Source of the DNA: Adineta vaga
Lineage: Eukaryota; Animalia; Rotifera
Assembly (NCBI GenBank): GCA_021613535.1
Contig: CP075492.1
Coordinates: 18,910,001 to 18,974,000 of the forward strand
Direction of reading: 5' to 3'
Length of the DNA stretch: 64,000 nt
Shown here: piece by piece, positions 35,977 to 48,126 of the stretch
Numbering within the stretch: position 1 is the stretch's first letter
How the letters are laid out: every line of letters begins with the position of its first letter
Program-made: the position numbers and the translations under genes
Notes under the pieces: generated by a model
Database searches by the model: none
What the model saw: the letters and a program-made list of their open reading frames with translations, nothing else
What the model was told of the DNA's origin: nothing

Positions 35977-38900
35977 TTATTCTGGAATAATTCTTCTATG
36001 TCGTTTAATAATCCATGCCATGAATTTCACGAATAGTGGTACAACGAATGTTAAAACGGTTACTAAACCACCAACCAAACCGATTAATATTGTAATAATA
36101 GAAATTGTACTATGTAGCGTTACATAAGTATATGTACATTGTTTTGGTTGACAGTGATTGTAATATTTCTCATATGTAATAGATTGATTCCATTCGTCGA
36201 TCATCAAATCATTGAGAAGATCTTGTATTGTCGAATTTATAGAGTATTTACTTGATAACGATGAATCCAGAGGTGTTACATTCATTGGTGAAGTATATGT
36301 TATATATGATTGTATTCGACTTATACACGTTTGATCATAGAAACATTCGAGAGTAGATTGAAGAAGTGCTTCAATAATCAAACATCCGTAAAAGAAACCT
36401 GGTATATTGAATTCCGAGGCATCCATGGGGTGGCTTTTGACAGGATACTGCATGACACATTTTACCGAGTTTTGACATAGACAACGTTCACGATAGTAAT
36501 AACTCATCGAGGATGGCTTTTGATGTGCGTGCAAAATAAATTGGTAATTTGATTGAGATGCTGACATAATATGGTTCATTGCCGTCGTGTTTCGTATTAT
36601 ATCGAAAGAAAGAAGAAAATGATTCGTTGTTGATGATCTAAATTGAGCAAGCAATGATTCAATGCTTGATGAAAATATTTCTGTTGATGTAACAATTGCA
36701 CTAACATATTGATTTGAATAAAATTGAGTCAAACTATTTGAGATTGTTCGAATTACCATTTGACACAACGTATTTAATCCTTGAAAGGTTGATGAACCCG
36801 TGTAGAGAAAATCACCACTATATATTATCTGATACAGATAAATTCTAGCAAGATATATAAACCATTCTTCAGTTACAAATACACTAGTACAAAGTTGATG
36901 CAATGTATAATTAACTTGAAGAAATTCTTTATATTCTATCGATATTTTTGTACATGGACATGTAAGAGTTTGATAATATTTTTGATAGAGTTGTGAATAT
37001 TCTTGAAATGTTGGCTTTTCTTTATTGATCATAATTGTAATATTGATTAATGAATAGTAGAAAAGAAGAATTGTTAATGAAAGAAATAATAAGATGATGA
37101 ATAATCTTGTTGAGATTCGTTCATTTCGAAGATCATATTCATCAATCGAAGGTGGAATCGATGGAAATAAATTGAAAGTGCCAATGAAATGTGCTATCTT
37201 GGTTAAAGAGACGAAGAATCGTTCACCGTGATTATTTGTTTCTTAAATGTAAAGAATAGCGATTGTTAGTGTATTTCTGTAAACTTCACAATAAATTACA
37301 AGTAGCGAGATTTAGTATAACACTGCGGGGCTATTTTCATAATCCATGTAGCTTTCGGTCATATATTGTTTTGTTTCTCATCACCATACATCTTTATGGA
37401 GGCATTTAGTCCTTGATATCTGATCACATATCATTAAGGGAGGGATCAGGTATGATACTCAATGTTATTATATAAAAATTGCTCATTGTTTTGTTATTTC
37501 CCTTTATTTTCTGATAAAAAGGTACTATAGTGGCTTGTCATTTTAATGTAATCTGTCCGTTGACTTAGCAAACATTTAGTGAATAATCCATCGTTCATTA
37601 GATCTAATGTACTTTATATGTTTACATTCTATTTAGATAACTTTGATTTCTCTTTTAATCATTTTACTACATTGTTTCATGTAATCGAGTAAAAGAGGCG
37701 CAGATTTAATCAGTCGGATATTTAAGCCATGAATTACATCATCGATTATTTTATCCGACTACTAGACTATGTTGATTGATCTTTAATCGAATTGAGAATG
37801 AAGTAATTGCGAAATGTAACTTGAATAACTTTGCATAAGAATGATATTTAGACATAGTGAACTATACACAAAAAAAAGGTTTTTTGTAGTGTCCTAAAAA
37901 TTCCAATTAAATGTCTTGAAAAGTTGCCTTTTTCTTCAATGATGAAAGACGTGAGTTTTCTATATAAATGCAACACAGATTGATCCGTTTCCCTTCATTT
38001 TCTTAGATGACATAAATTCGGATGTTCTGTTCTCATTAGAAAATGTTCGAATAGTGTTAACAGTCATGTAATTTTGAGATGACTTAAAACTCGTCTATCA
38101 TTTTGTGTAGATCACATCAAAGAGGTCATTATCAAACGTAACGATATACAGTTCGTTAGTTCAATATTACCTAACGATTTTTCACTTTTATATCAGAATC
38201 TGTAGATAAATGTGTTCAAACTTGTGGAATGGATACACAAAAGCGACACTCGTCTTGAACAATAGAGTTGAATTCTGTAACGTCTAGTCTATGATACTGG
38301 ATTTTACAGAAAATATCATTTTAACCTAGCTTCTATAACTCAACATCGACTCTAATATATTGATCACTATTTGTAGCTCTTACGGGTGTCGGATGTTGAT
38401 ATTTCTCGGCGCTCTCGTTGTCGTAGTCGTCGTATTTTTTTTCTGATAAACTTAACCAATGTTGGCACAATCAATTTCAAAACTGTGCTCAAACCGCCCA
38501 CTAATCCAAGTAATACAGTGATTATATATATCACATCATTCGTCGTTTCATATACATATGTACATTGTAATGGTCGACATTGATTATAATACTTCTCATA
38601 TGTAGTTGATACATTCCATTCTTCAATCATTAATTCATCAAGAAGTTGTTGAATGGTTGAATTAACAAAGAATCGAGTAGATAATAATCGATTAAGCGGT
38701 GTTACATTCATTGATAAAATATCTGGGAAATATGTTTGAATTTTTTGGATACATATTTCATCATAAAAACATTCAAGAGTTGACTGAAGTATTGCTTCTA
38801 TGACATAGCATCCAATTAATAAGCCTGGTACATCTAACAGTGTTGTGTGATCAGGATAATCATAAATAGAAACTGGTTTAGTGTCTTTAGTTACACTTGG

Positions 38901-41003
38901 ATCATTACAGCTTTCGTTAGAATCTTTAAGTATATGATCGAACGGACCTGCGTTGTAATAAAAATAATAGTTAGTTTTCTTTGCTGATAACAGAATGTTT
39001 GCTCGAGTTGTATTTTGTATCAGATCAAGTGTAAGAAAAAACTTTGTTTTTTCTACATTTATAAATTGATCGATTGATGTTTTCGTTTGTAATGTAAATA
39101 AGTTTAATGATGTAACGGTTGCACTAATATATCGATTTGAATAAAATTCAATTAAACTATTCGAGATTGTTCGATTTGTCATTTGGCAAAACGCATGTAG
39201 CGCTTGAAACAATGTCTGACCTATCCATCGAAAGTCATCCCGATGAACATTATTATCTGGAAATCTATAAGAAAGATATATAAACCATTCTTCAGTTACA
39301 AATACACTAGTACAAAGTTGATGCAATGTATAATTAACTTGAAGAAATTCTTTATATTCTATCGATATTTTTGTACATGGACATGTAAGAGTTTGATAAT
39401 ATTTTTGATAGAGTTGTGAATATTCTTGAAATGTTGGCTTTTCTTTATTGATCATAATTGTAATATTGATTAATGAATAGTAGAAAAGAAGAATTGTTAA
39501 TGAAAGAAATAATAAGATGATGAATAATCTTGTTGAGATTCGTTCATTTCGAAGATCATATTCATCAATCGAAGGTGGAATCGATGGAAATAAATTTAAT
39601 GTTGTTGTATAGGTTTTTAATTTTGACAATAAACTAGTTTGTGTTATATTTACTTCAACGTCTGCGATAGAAAAAGTCAAAAAGAAAATATATAAATAGG
39701 CTCGATTTTATAATAAATAGATTCTTTCACATCATCGGCAACTTACCGTGTTCCACTATTGGCACTCTTCTTTTTCTTCTAATAAACTTAACTAATATTG
39801 GCACAATCAATTTCAAAACTGTGCTCAAACCGCCCACTAATCCAAGTAATACAGTGATTATATATATCACATCATTCGTCGTTTCATATACATATGTACA
39901 TTGTAATGGTCGACATTGATTATAATACTTCTCATATGTAGTTGATACATTCCATTCTTCAATCATTAATTCATCAAGAAGTTGTTGAATGGTTGAATTA
40001 ACAAAGAATCGAGTGGATAATAATCGATTAAGCGGTGTTACATTCATTGATAAAATATCTAGGAAATATGTTTGAATTTTTTGGATACACATTTCATCAT
40101 AAAAACATTCAAGAGATGACTGAAGTATTGCTTCAATAATATAACATCCGGTTGATAAACCTGGCACATGAAATATCATTGACTGCTTTTGATCGCGTTC
40201 GATACGTGTTTCGTGAGCACATTTGATCGAGGAATCACAACTACAATTATCGTACCAATATGGATACACTTCTATGTTACCACCATATTCATTTCGTACC
40301 AGTATCTCGTAGTTTGTTTGCTTTGCAGAGTATAATCCATTTGCTTGAGTAGTATCTCGTATCATACTGAATAAGAGAAAAACATTTCTTTTAGTCGAGG
40401 CTTTGAGCTGATCAATTAGTTTTTGCATTTCTATTGAAAACAAGTGTGATGGTGTGACAATGGCACTAATATATTGATCTGAATTGAATTGAGTTAAACT
40501 ATTTAAGATTATTCGATGAGACATTGCACAAAATGTCTGTAACGCTTGGAATTGTCCGACACCAGTATACCGAAAGTCGTCGTTGGGAAGCATGTCCCAA
40601 TGCTGAAACGCATCGAGATAAATAATCCATTGTTCTGACATAAATATACTATCGCACAGCTCGTGTAATGTATAATCAACATGAAAGAATTCGATGTAAT
40701 CAATCGATGGTTTTGTGCATGGACATGTAAGACTATCTAAATATTTTAAATATAATCTTGAATATTCTTTGACAGTTGGCTCTTTTATATTTCCCGTTTG
40801 TGAAATCTTGATTAGTGAATTATATGTAAAAAGAATTGTTAATAAACATATCAGTAATATAATAAATATTCTTGTTGAGATTCGTTCATTTTCAAGATCA
40901 TGTTCATCTACCGTCGGTGGCACAGATTTGAAGATATTATAAGTTCGAAAGAACTCGGACAACTTTCTTAGTCCATCTCGAGTATACCGTAAAAGAATCG
41001 ACA
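35977..41003 (-). CDS. three-module membrane protein (each module TM - ~330 aa Cys-rich loop - TM); 5' end unresolved
   Basis: Exons 41003-39747, 39661-38384 and 37241-35977 are joined by phase-1 GT-AG introns in frame (~1266 codons). Each has ERISTR-TM, LTCPCTK, LCxSxF..W, QSxLECFYD, YEKYYNxCxPxQCTY and TM ending GLVGGL. Confidence 0.75.
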
Positions 41004-42266
41004 CTAAAAATAAATTGAAATTCAACGAAAAGAGACTAGAAATTATCAGAAAATATGATAGAGATCGTAAAATATAAGCGTTCCGGGTTTTGTTTTACTG
41101 TTTGAGACCATACGAAAGGTTCTTAGTAATGAGGTATGAGTTTGGATGTGGGTGTGAGTTTCTGGTATTCACCCACATCCATCCTCAATTTTCTGAATAC
41201 ATAGTGGGGAATATCCACTCTGATACTCCACTGTTTATTTGTCATGGTAGGATGGAGATAGCCTGCGGGTTGGACATTCAAGAAACCTAGTTAGCACTGT
41301 AGACTTCTGATCATTTGTGACTCGTCGTTGCAGCTGCATTCTCAGATGAAACCGTAATTGACAGTATTCCTACTGATTACACGGTATCAGTAAAGTTGAA
41401 AAAGTTTCCGTTATCATATTGTAAGTGTCTGAACTCCTGGATTTATTGAGTAAAGACGTAATTATTTGATTCTTTTTGTTACGATTCTTTTATTCAGACG
41501 AAACAAATAATTATTGACAGAAAATTTACTTCTAAGTTATATTACCTCTTCCATATATTGGAAAATCTCCTGAAGAACTTGTACGTTAAAGTATTACAGA
41601 TTACTTAGAGACGGTTTCTATCACATTAGGCTTATCACCTTCTATTTATCATGAAATTTCCTACTAAAATTCTATGAAACCGTTACTAATTTTTGTTAGA
41701 ATTCAAGACAGATTTCTAATCAGATCCGACTGAATGATTCATTAACAAACAAAGTTAAAGATATTGGATTCTCAAATTCTTTTCGCAACTATGGAATGAT
41801 GATATTGATGAAGCCGAAATTGTTTCGTTATTTGTAACTTTGCTATTTCTACTTCTACTTACTGTCAAAATAAATCTACTGAAACACTGAAATTGATTGA
41901 AGTTAACTTGCGATATTTCTAAAATAATCATGTATGAATCTGCATTTGCATCAAGGACAAAAATAAATCTCTCTAATTCATGATTTACGTCATTCAGAAC
42001 TAGAAACATATCAGTAATATGTTAATTTTGTTTTATAAATATAAAATATTTGATTTCTCTTGGAAAAAAATCCAGGAAAGGAAATGTTTTAGCAACAGAT
42101 GTTGTACATTAAAATTTATTCATAAATCAAAAAATTATATTTAGCAAGCATTTCTATTCCGTTCTGTGATTCTCTCTGACGCATCTTTATGCAAAAAAAT
42201 AGAAATCATGAGGTGACGTAAATCGTATGGGTAGCTTTCTGTATTTCAATTGTGTTAACATAGTTC

Positions 42267-42610
42267 TTTGAGTATACTTAAAAAGTGAGTACACATTAGA
42301 ATCGGTCAGTATGTCCGTCCGTCAGTTTACGTGATAATTCCTAAGAAAAAAACTAATGCAATTGTCATGAAATTTTGTACATAGTATTATCTCGTCAATA
42401 TCTCTCATTCGAGTTCGAAGGTGACCAGAATCGTTTGTACCGTTGCTGAGTTACATTTAAAGTTTCACTATACATTCAATCTTCATAAAAGCTACTCTCA
42501 TCAAACTTTTCATGGTGATTGCTTAGTTCTGAGGAAATATTAATACTGGATTCAAATCAATGGGGACGGTTGGTAGAAGGTACCTGGATGAATTCTACTC
42601 AAGTTATCTT
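42267..42610 (+). repeat. Helentron-associated (HINE/DINE-1-like) element
   Basis: Short terminal IR (tatacttaaaaagtgagta) and a gtccgtccgtc microsatellite; homologous to 27046-27190. The 3' end is approximate. Confidence 0.55.
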
Positions 42611-42901
42611 TGTATTTATTAACGTTACCAAAGCTTCCAAGACACCTATGGGACAAAAAGAAGGTATCCGCTGGACTTATTATTTTAGATAGATTGATGA
42701 AAAACAATGTGTTGTCAGCGTTACTTTTTGAAGTACATATAACATTCGGATTTGAATCCGATGTTTTCGCATTTATTTCTTCTTTCAGTTTATTTCTACT
42801 ATGATATCAAAACAAGGATACAAACAGTAACTATCCATGTCAAACGTTGACAGATAATCATTCGCTAAAGAATCAGACACATATACCCACAGTCTCGAGC
42901 A

Positions 42902-45900
42902 CTATATTCTATTTGAGTTTGGCATAAATGTAAGATGAAACCAACGAATAATCTGTCGAACCGCTTTTTTAAATTCACTCATATATTTTTTCGATGGCCA
43001 TACAAATAAGAAAAAATGTAATATAACGGGTATAAATGAAATAAAATAACTGATAAGAAATAACCAAGGATCACGAGGTGATTTCATACATCCACTAAAA
43101 AATGGAATAATCAAACGAGGTAAACTTAATAATACAATTAAACATGGTCCCCATAATAAATGTTTATGATGTCGTAATTGTTCTTTTAAATGTTGAATAA
43201 ATATTCCACTTCTTTCAACATTAAAACGACTACGAGCTGCTGATAGAATAATAATAATTGCTGCAATAAAATTAATAAATACAGGTATAACAAAATGAAA
43301 TAAATTAATAATAAAATTATACATATCAATCGATGACGAATATCGAACAAAACACCAAGTTCGTTTTTCATCTGTATCATAATCATCAATTAATTGACGA
43401 TAAAGTGGATCATGAATATATGTTATAATTATTAATAAAAAAACAATTAAAATTAATCGTTTAGCAATTTGTTTCCTTTTCTTTGTATTAAAATGAACAC
43501 CACTTAATATAGTAAAAGTTCTTTCAATAGCAACACATGCATTTAACCAATCATTTGTTACTAAAAGAATCTTAAGACTTGCATCTGTTATAATACAACT
43601 AAACATAAGAAATGATCGATTTGTTATTCGTGCTTGTTGTGATGAAACAAGAATCCAAAATTTAATTTTTAACATAATTAATAAACATAATGATACAATT
43701 GATGAAGCTAATAAATACCAACCACATCCAACTAATCTCGGTGTTTTCATCATAAATGTAATGATTGATAATAATTGACTAATAAAGCCCAATATAAACA
43801 GACATGTTATTATGATAATACTTAATTTAACAATAAATGGTTGTCGATAAATCGATATATTTGGTTTAATATAATAACCTAATATTGGATCAAGTGAAAG
43901 AATAAAACCTTTTGTTGATAATTGACATTTATCCCCATAATAACAATCTTCACATACACATATTGTTTTTGTTGGACATGTAACATTATTTTCAAAACAT
44001 TGACCATTATTTTCACATAAATTTTGTTTTTGACAATCATATTTAACTTTATGATTAAATTCAAAACAATTTGAAAAACGATATCGATCACATATACATA
44101 GATATATATCATCATATAAACACATTATATTTTTATATTGTCGACATATCATTGGATAATATTTGACACGATGAAATTGACTATAATTTAATAATGTTGA
44201 ATTCATAAGTTCATATATTGAATAACATTGTTGATTTATTTCTAATTGTGTTGTTATATTTTCTGAATGAATGAATTTTTCTCGTAGAATTGTTAAATAA
44301 TATTGTTTATTAATTAATTCAATAAGAAGAATATGAAATGGTTGTTCAATATAAAGTGTTATAATATTTTGATCAAAAGGTATTTTTTTAAATGTACTTA
44401 CTCGTTCATGATTTTTATCATTAAATATAGTTATAAAATGAATAAGAATTGATGATATTGTTCCTATTAATTTCTTATCAAATTGTATATTTATATAACT
44501 ATTACTTATTTCACATCTTATTCCTGAATATCCTTCTTGACAGAGACATGTAAATTTTTCTCGATTTATTCGATCATCATTTGGTATGCAGATTCCATTA
44601 TTTTTACATGGATTATTCGATATTTCACATGTTTTATGTTTTAAATAACATTGTAAACCAAATTTTTCTATTGGACATATACAGATTGATGAAGAAAGAC
44701 AAAAAGAATCGTTTGAACATGAACATTTCTCTGTAATATTACAAAATCTTCCTGAATAACCTTGATCACAATGACAAAAATCGACTAATTCTTGATTTGC
44801 ATAATTTCTACAATGACCATGATTTCCGCATTGTAATAAACATGATTTAATTTGATTTGTTGATATTTCAGGAATGAATAATTCAGTTGATAATCGATTA
44901 ACAGGTAAAAATTTAAATGGAATTGTTAAATACCAACTTGTATAATAAATTAAATTGATTTTATTAAAAATATCAATACGTATTGAATAATTCTTCGAGA
45001 TATGTTTTGATCGATGTGGATACAATAAATAAATATTAAATTCAGTATTACAATCACGAATAGGTACAAATGTAATTTGTTCGTGATTAATTAAAATTTG
45101 TTCAAATTCATCAATCAATATAATAATAAGTTGAAAAGCAATATTTACTAATATAGAACTATGAAATGATAAACGAAGAGTTAAACTAATACGTTGATTT
45201 TGCCATTGACATTGAGAACCAAAATAACTTGGTGGACATAAACATTTTGATCTTATCATTGACTGATTTGAACGAAAATTAATAAGAATTCCTCGATTAC
45301 AGTACGAACTTTGTACGATTTTCAATTCGGGTATGGTTTTATGTACTTTCTTGAGATTACCTTCGAAAGTATCCATGACAGATGACGGTGGAAAAAAGCC
45401 AAGATGTAATGATGAAGCAAATGGACTTACAAAAGATTTTGGATATCCAGGACGACGTGTACTACATAGAGTTTGACTATTAATTGATGAAATATCTATT
45501 CTAGGAGTTCGAACCGGAAGAGGACGTTGATATAAACAAAGTTCATCATCGAAATTCGATCTAAGTGAATGACTACGATTACATATTATATCTTCAGTAA
45601 TACATTTTGTTTTATTCCACGAAATATATTTACTCATATTAATATTGGTCATGTTATTGAAATAGATTTCACGATAAATCGATGATTTATTTCGAGGACA
45701 ATTATTGATATATTTCTCGAAAAGATATTCTATTGATAGACATAAAACAGCAGACTTATCCAAAAGTTGACAATAATGTTCATTTTGTGAACAATTCGTA
45801 TCTGGACAGTTAAGTTCATCAATACCGTTATGACAATTCCATCGTCCATCACATTGAACATAGGGAGTATAACATGGCCATTCTTCACAATGTATTTCAT

Positions 45901-47635
45901 CATTTTTCGCAATAATAAGCGATAATATTTCTGATTCAGTATTGCATAAATATGCGAATGGTGGTCGTTGTACACGAATACGTTCAAAAGATACTAATTC
46001 ATCTTCTAAACTTGGACAATCTTTTGCTAAATTACCAACTGCAACAAATGATAAACATTTACTAGAATTTGATACACATATGTAACGATTAGAATCATTT
46101 AAATGACAAGCTGAATAGTTTTCATCTTCTCTAAAATAACAATCTGGAAAACCATCAACAAGACGATAATATGAAATACATTTCAACGATCGTGAACAAT
46201 GAAAAAGAGATGAATGTGAACAAGATAATTCAGTACCAATTGTTAAACATCGTTGAATAATATCTTTAAAATAAAATTCCATTTGGTGAAAATTCTGTAC
46301 ATTAGTTTTATTAACTAAATTCGAGATATGACAACATGTAAGATCATTATTGAATTCAACAGGATCAATTATTGGTAATAATCCAAGGCAACGTTGTGAA
46401 TTAAAACAAACATAATCTGGCATAACATTCTTTTCAAATTCTAAATTTGATCGATTGGTTAAATATATGAATTGAAAAAAGCCAAATAAATGAGGTTGTT
46501 CTGGAATGGCAATCCATAATGAAGAACAATGGGTTAACAATGATTCACATGAATTCATATTTATATTAATTGACATTGACCATGGACAATCATGTGATGA
46601 TATATTCGATGAAATACGAATTAAACAACGTAATGCTTGTCGACAATTAATTTCATGATCATCATCATCTGAAGTAAGTAGAATTTTAGTTGCTCCTAAA
46701 TGACGACCACTGTAACATTTATTGTTGAACGAATTAATCATATCAAAATGAACACATTGACCATCACCACATGATAAAGAATGAGGATATCGACAAGTAC
46801 GCTCTTCACATACAAATGTCGGAATACTGTTGCAACTTAATGTCAATTTTGTGTCGTTATATGATATCCTTAGATCAGTTTCATCACTTCCATCTAAACA
46901 ATCAACATTGGCTCTTCCATCATCTAAAAATATCAATGGAATACATTGACCACCATAATGACATCGATATTCATTTTGATTACATTCATTTATTTCCAAT
47001 TCTTCACAAAATTCTTCATCTTCTCCATCAATACAATCAAATTTTCCATCACAAATTTCACGCCAATCAAGACAAATAGATGATGAAACACGAGAACAAT
47101 TTGATAAAAATGGATAACATGTTATAATTTCCATATTTGAACATTGTTCAAATCTATTTGTAAATATAGAATTAACAATATCTTCAAATAGAATATCAGT
47201 TGTATCATAATTAAACTTATATTCACACATTGAACCAAACCATAATGATGAACAATTATAAAAATAATCATCTGTACTTCCATTATACTGTTCATATCGT
47301 TCTGCAATATCAATAGGAGCCATCCATGTAAGTAATTGTGTACTTGTCACACTTTGTTTTTTCAAGTCATTAAAATGAATTATCTGATAGTTGTTTCTAT
47401 CGAAACTATCGATTTCGTCTTGAATTTCATTGATATCTGGTCGTCGACAATATGGAATTAAGTGATAGAGATGAATGATTGGTTCGGTTGCTTCTCTGAT
47501 ATTGTCATAGAGAGAAGCATAGATGCAATCATAACCAGAATTCGAAACCTGTCGATTATTAGAATAATATAACGTAAATCGAGCATGAAGGATAGTATAT
47601 GATGCAAATAGTGAGAAAACTTGTATCAATATCAT
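42902..47635 (-). CDS. giant rhodopsin-like GPCR with LDLa and EGF-like ectodomain, intronless (~1577 aa)
   Basis: LDLa motifs (CDGKFDCIDGEDE, DCLDGSDE, CDGRWNCHNGIDE), EGF motifs (CLCPPSYFGSQC, CHCDQGYSGRFC, CLCQEGYSGIRC), C-terminal 7TM with ACVAIERT. Confidence 0.9.
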   Translation of the reverse strand: MILIQVFSLFASYTILHARFTLYYSNNRQVSNSGYDCIYASLYDNIREATEPIIHLYHLIPYCRRPDINEIQDEIDSFDRNNYQIIHFNDLKKQSVTSTQLLTWMAPIDIAERYEQYNGSTDDYFYNCSSLWFGSMCEYKFNYDTTDILFEDIVNSIFTNRFEQCSNMEIITCYPFLSNCSRVSSSICLDWREICDGKFDCIDGEDEEFCEELEINECNQNEYRCHYGGQCIPLIFLDDGRANVDCLDGSDETDLRISYNDTKLTLSCNSIPTFVCEERTCRYPHSLSCGDGQCVHFDMINSFNNKCYSGRHLGATKILLTSDDDDHEINCRQALRCLIRISSNISSHDCPWSMSININMNSCESLLTHCSSLWIAIPEQPHLFGFFQFIYLTNRSNLEFEKNVMPDYVCFNSQRCLGLLPIIDPVEFNNDLTCCHISNLVNKTNVQNFHQMEFYFKDIIQRCLTIGTELSCSHSSLFHCSRSLKCISYYRLVDGFPDCYFREDENYSACHLNDSNRYICVSNSSKCLSFVAVGNLAKDCPSLEDELVSFERIRVQRPPFAYLCNTESEILSLIIAKNDEIHCEEWPCYTPYVQCDGRWNCHNGIDELNCPDTNCSQNEHYCQLLDKSAVLCLSIEYLFEKYINNCPRNKSSIYREIYFNNMTNINMSKYISWNKTKCITEDIICNRSHSLRSNFDDELCLYQRPLPVRTPRIDISSINSQTLCSTRRPGYPKSFVSPFASSLHLGFFPPSSVMDTFEGNLKKVHKTIPELKIVQSSYCNRGILINFRSNQSMIRSKCLCPPSYFGSQCQWQNQRISLTLRLSFHSSILVNIAFQLIIILIDEFEQILINHEQITFVPIRDCNTEFNIYLLYPHRSKHISKNYSIRIDIFNKINLIYYTSWYLTIPFKFLPVNRLSTELFIPEISTNQIKSCLLQCGNHGHCRNYANQELVDFCHCDQGYSGRFCNITEKCSCSNDSFCLSSSICICPIEKFGLQCYLKHKTCEISNNPCKNNGICIPNDDRINREKFTCLCQEGYSGIRCEISNSYINIQFDKKLIGTISSILIHFITIFNDKNHERVSTFKKIPFDQNIITLYIEQPFHILLIELINKQYYLTILREKFIHSENITTQLEINQQCYSIYELMNSTLLNYSQFHRVKYYPMICRQYKNIMCLYDDIYLCICDRYRFSNCFEFNHKVKYDCQKQNLCENNGQCFENNVTCPTKTICVCEDCYYGDKCQLSTKGFILSLDPILGYYIKPNISIYRQPFIVKLSIIIITCLFILGFISQLLSIITFMMKTPRLVGCGWYLLASSIVSLCLLIMLKIKFWILVSSQQARITNRSFLMFSCIITDASLKILLVTNDWLNACVAIERTFTILSGVHFNTKKRKQIAKRLILIVFLLIIITYIHDPLYRQLIDDYDTDEKRTWCFVRYSSSIDMYNFIINLFHFVIPVFINFIAAIIIILSAARSRFNVERSGIFIQHLKEQLRHHKHLLWGPCLIVLLSLPRLIIPFFSGCMKSPRDPWLFLISYFISFIPVILHFFLFVWPSKKYMSEFKKAVRQIIRWFHLTFMPNSNRI

Positions 47636-48126
47636 TGTCAATGAAATTTGTGATTATATGAATAGTATTTTTTTAATGTTCTATTTCTTTTTTTTATGTA
47701 ACAGATGAACATCTGAATTAAGATAAGAGAGAATTTTTGAAGAATAAGTTAATGTTTATAGCATACTTTAATCTACTTTCATCAACGTTGACTTCCATTG
47801 TAATATAATTATTGTAACAGATGAATAGTTAACAGTTTTTTTCTTTGATAATCCGTATCTATGTAAGGTATATGAGCTAGAACTTTTCCATAGAATAGAA
47901 ATAGATTTTCTTTTATCTATATACGATTATACTTCACACAACGTGTTTTATTTTGATTTCTATTGATAATAATTCAAAATTCTGCATATATACATGACTC
48001 TGCTTACAAATTATATTTATGAGTAACAAGATCTAAAACTTTATCTATCAAAAATAATGACTAGAAAGTCGAATTAGACAGTCACTCGAACATGATCTGT
48101 GCCTTGAAAGTTGTTCTATGCAGAAA

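Noticed and set aside
41290-42009. Candidate first exons for the three-module gene
   Set aside because: I could not find a phase-consistent ATG-to-acceptor path; left unresolved.
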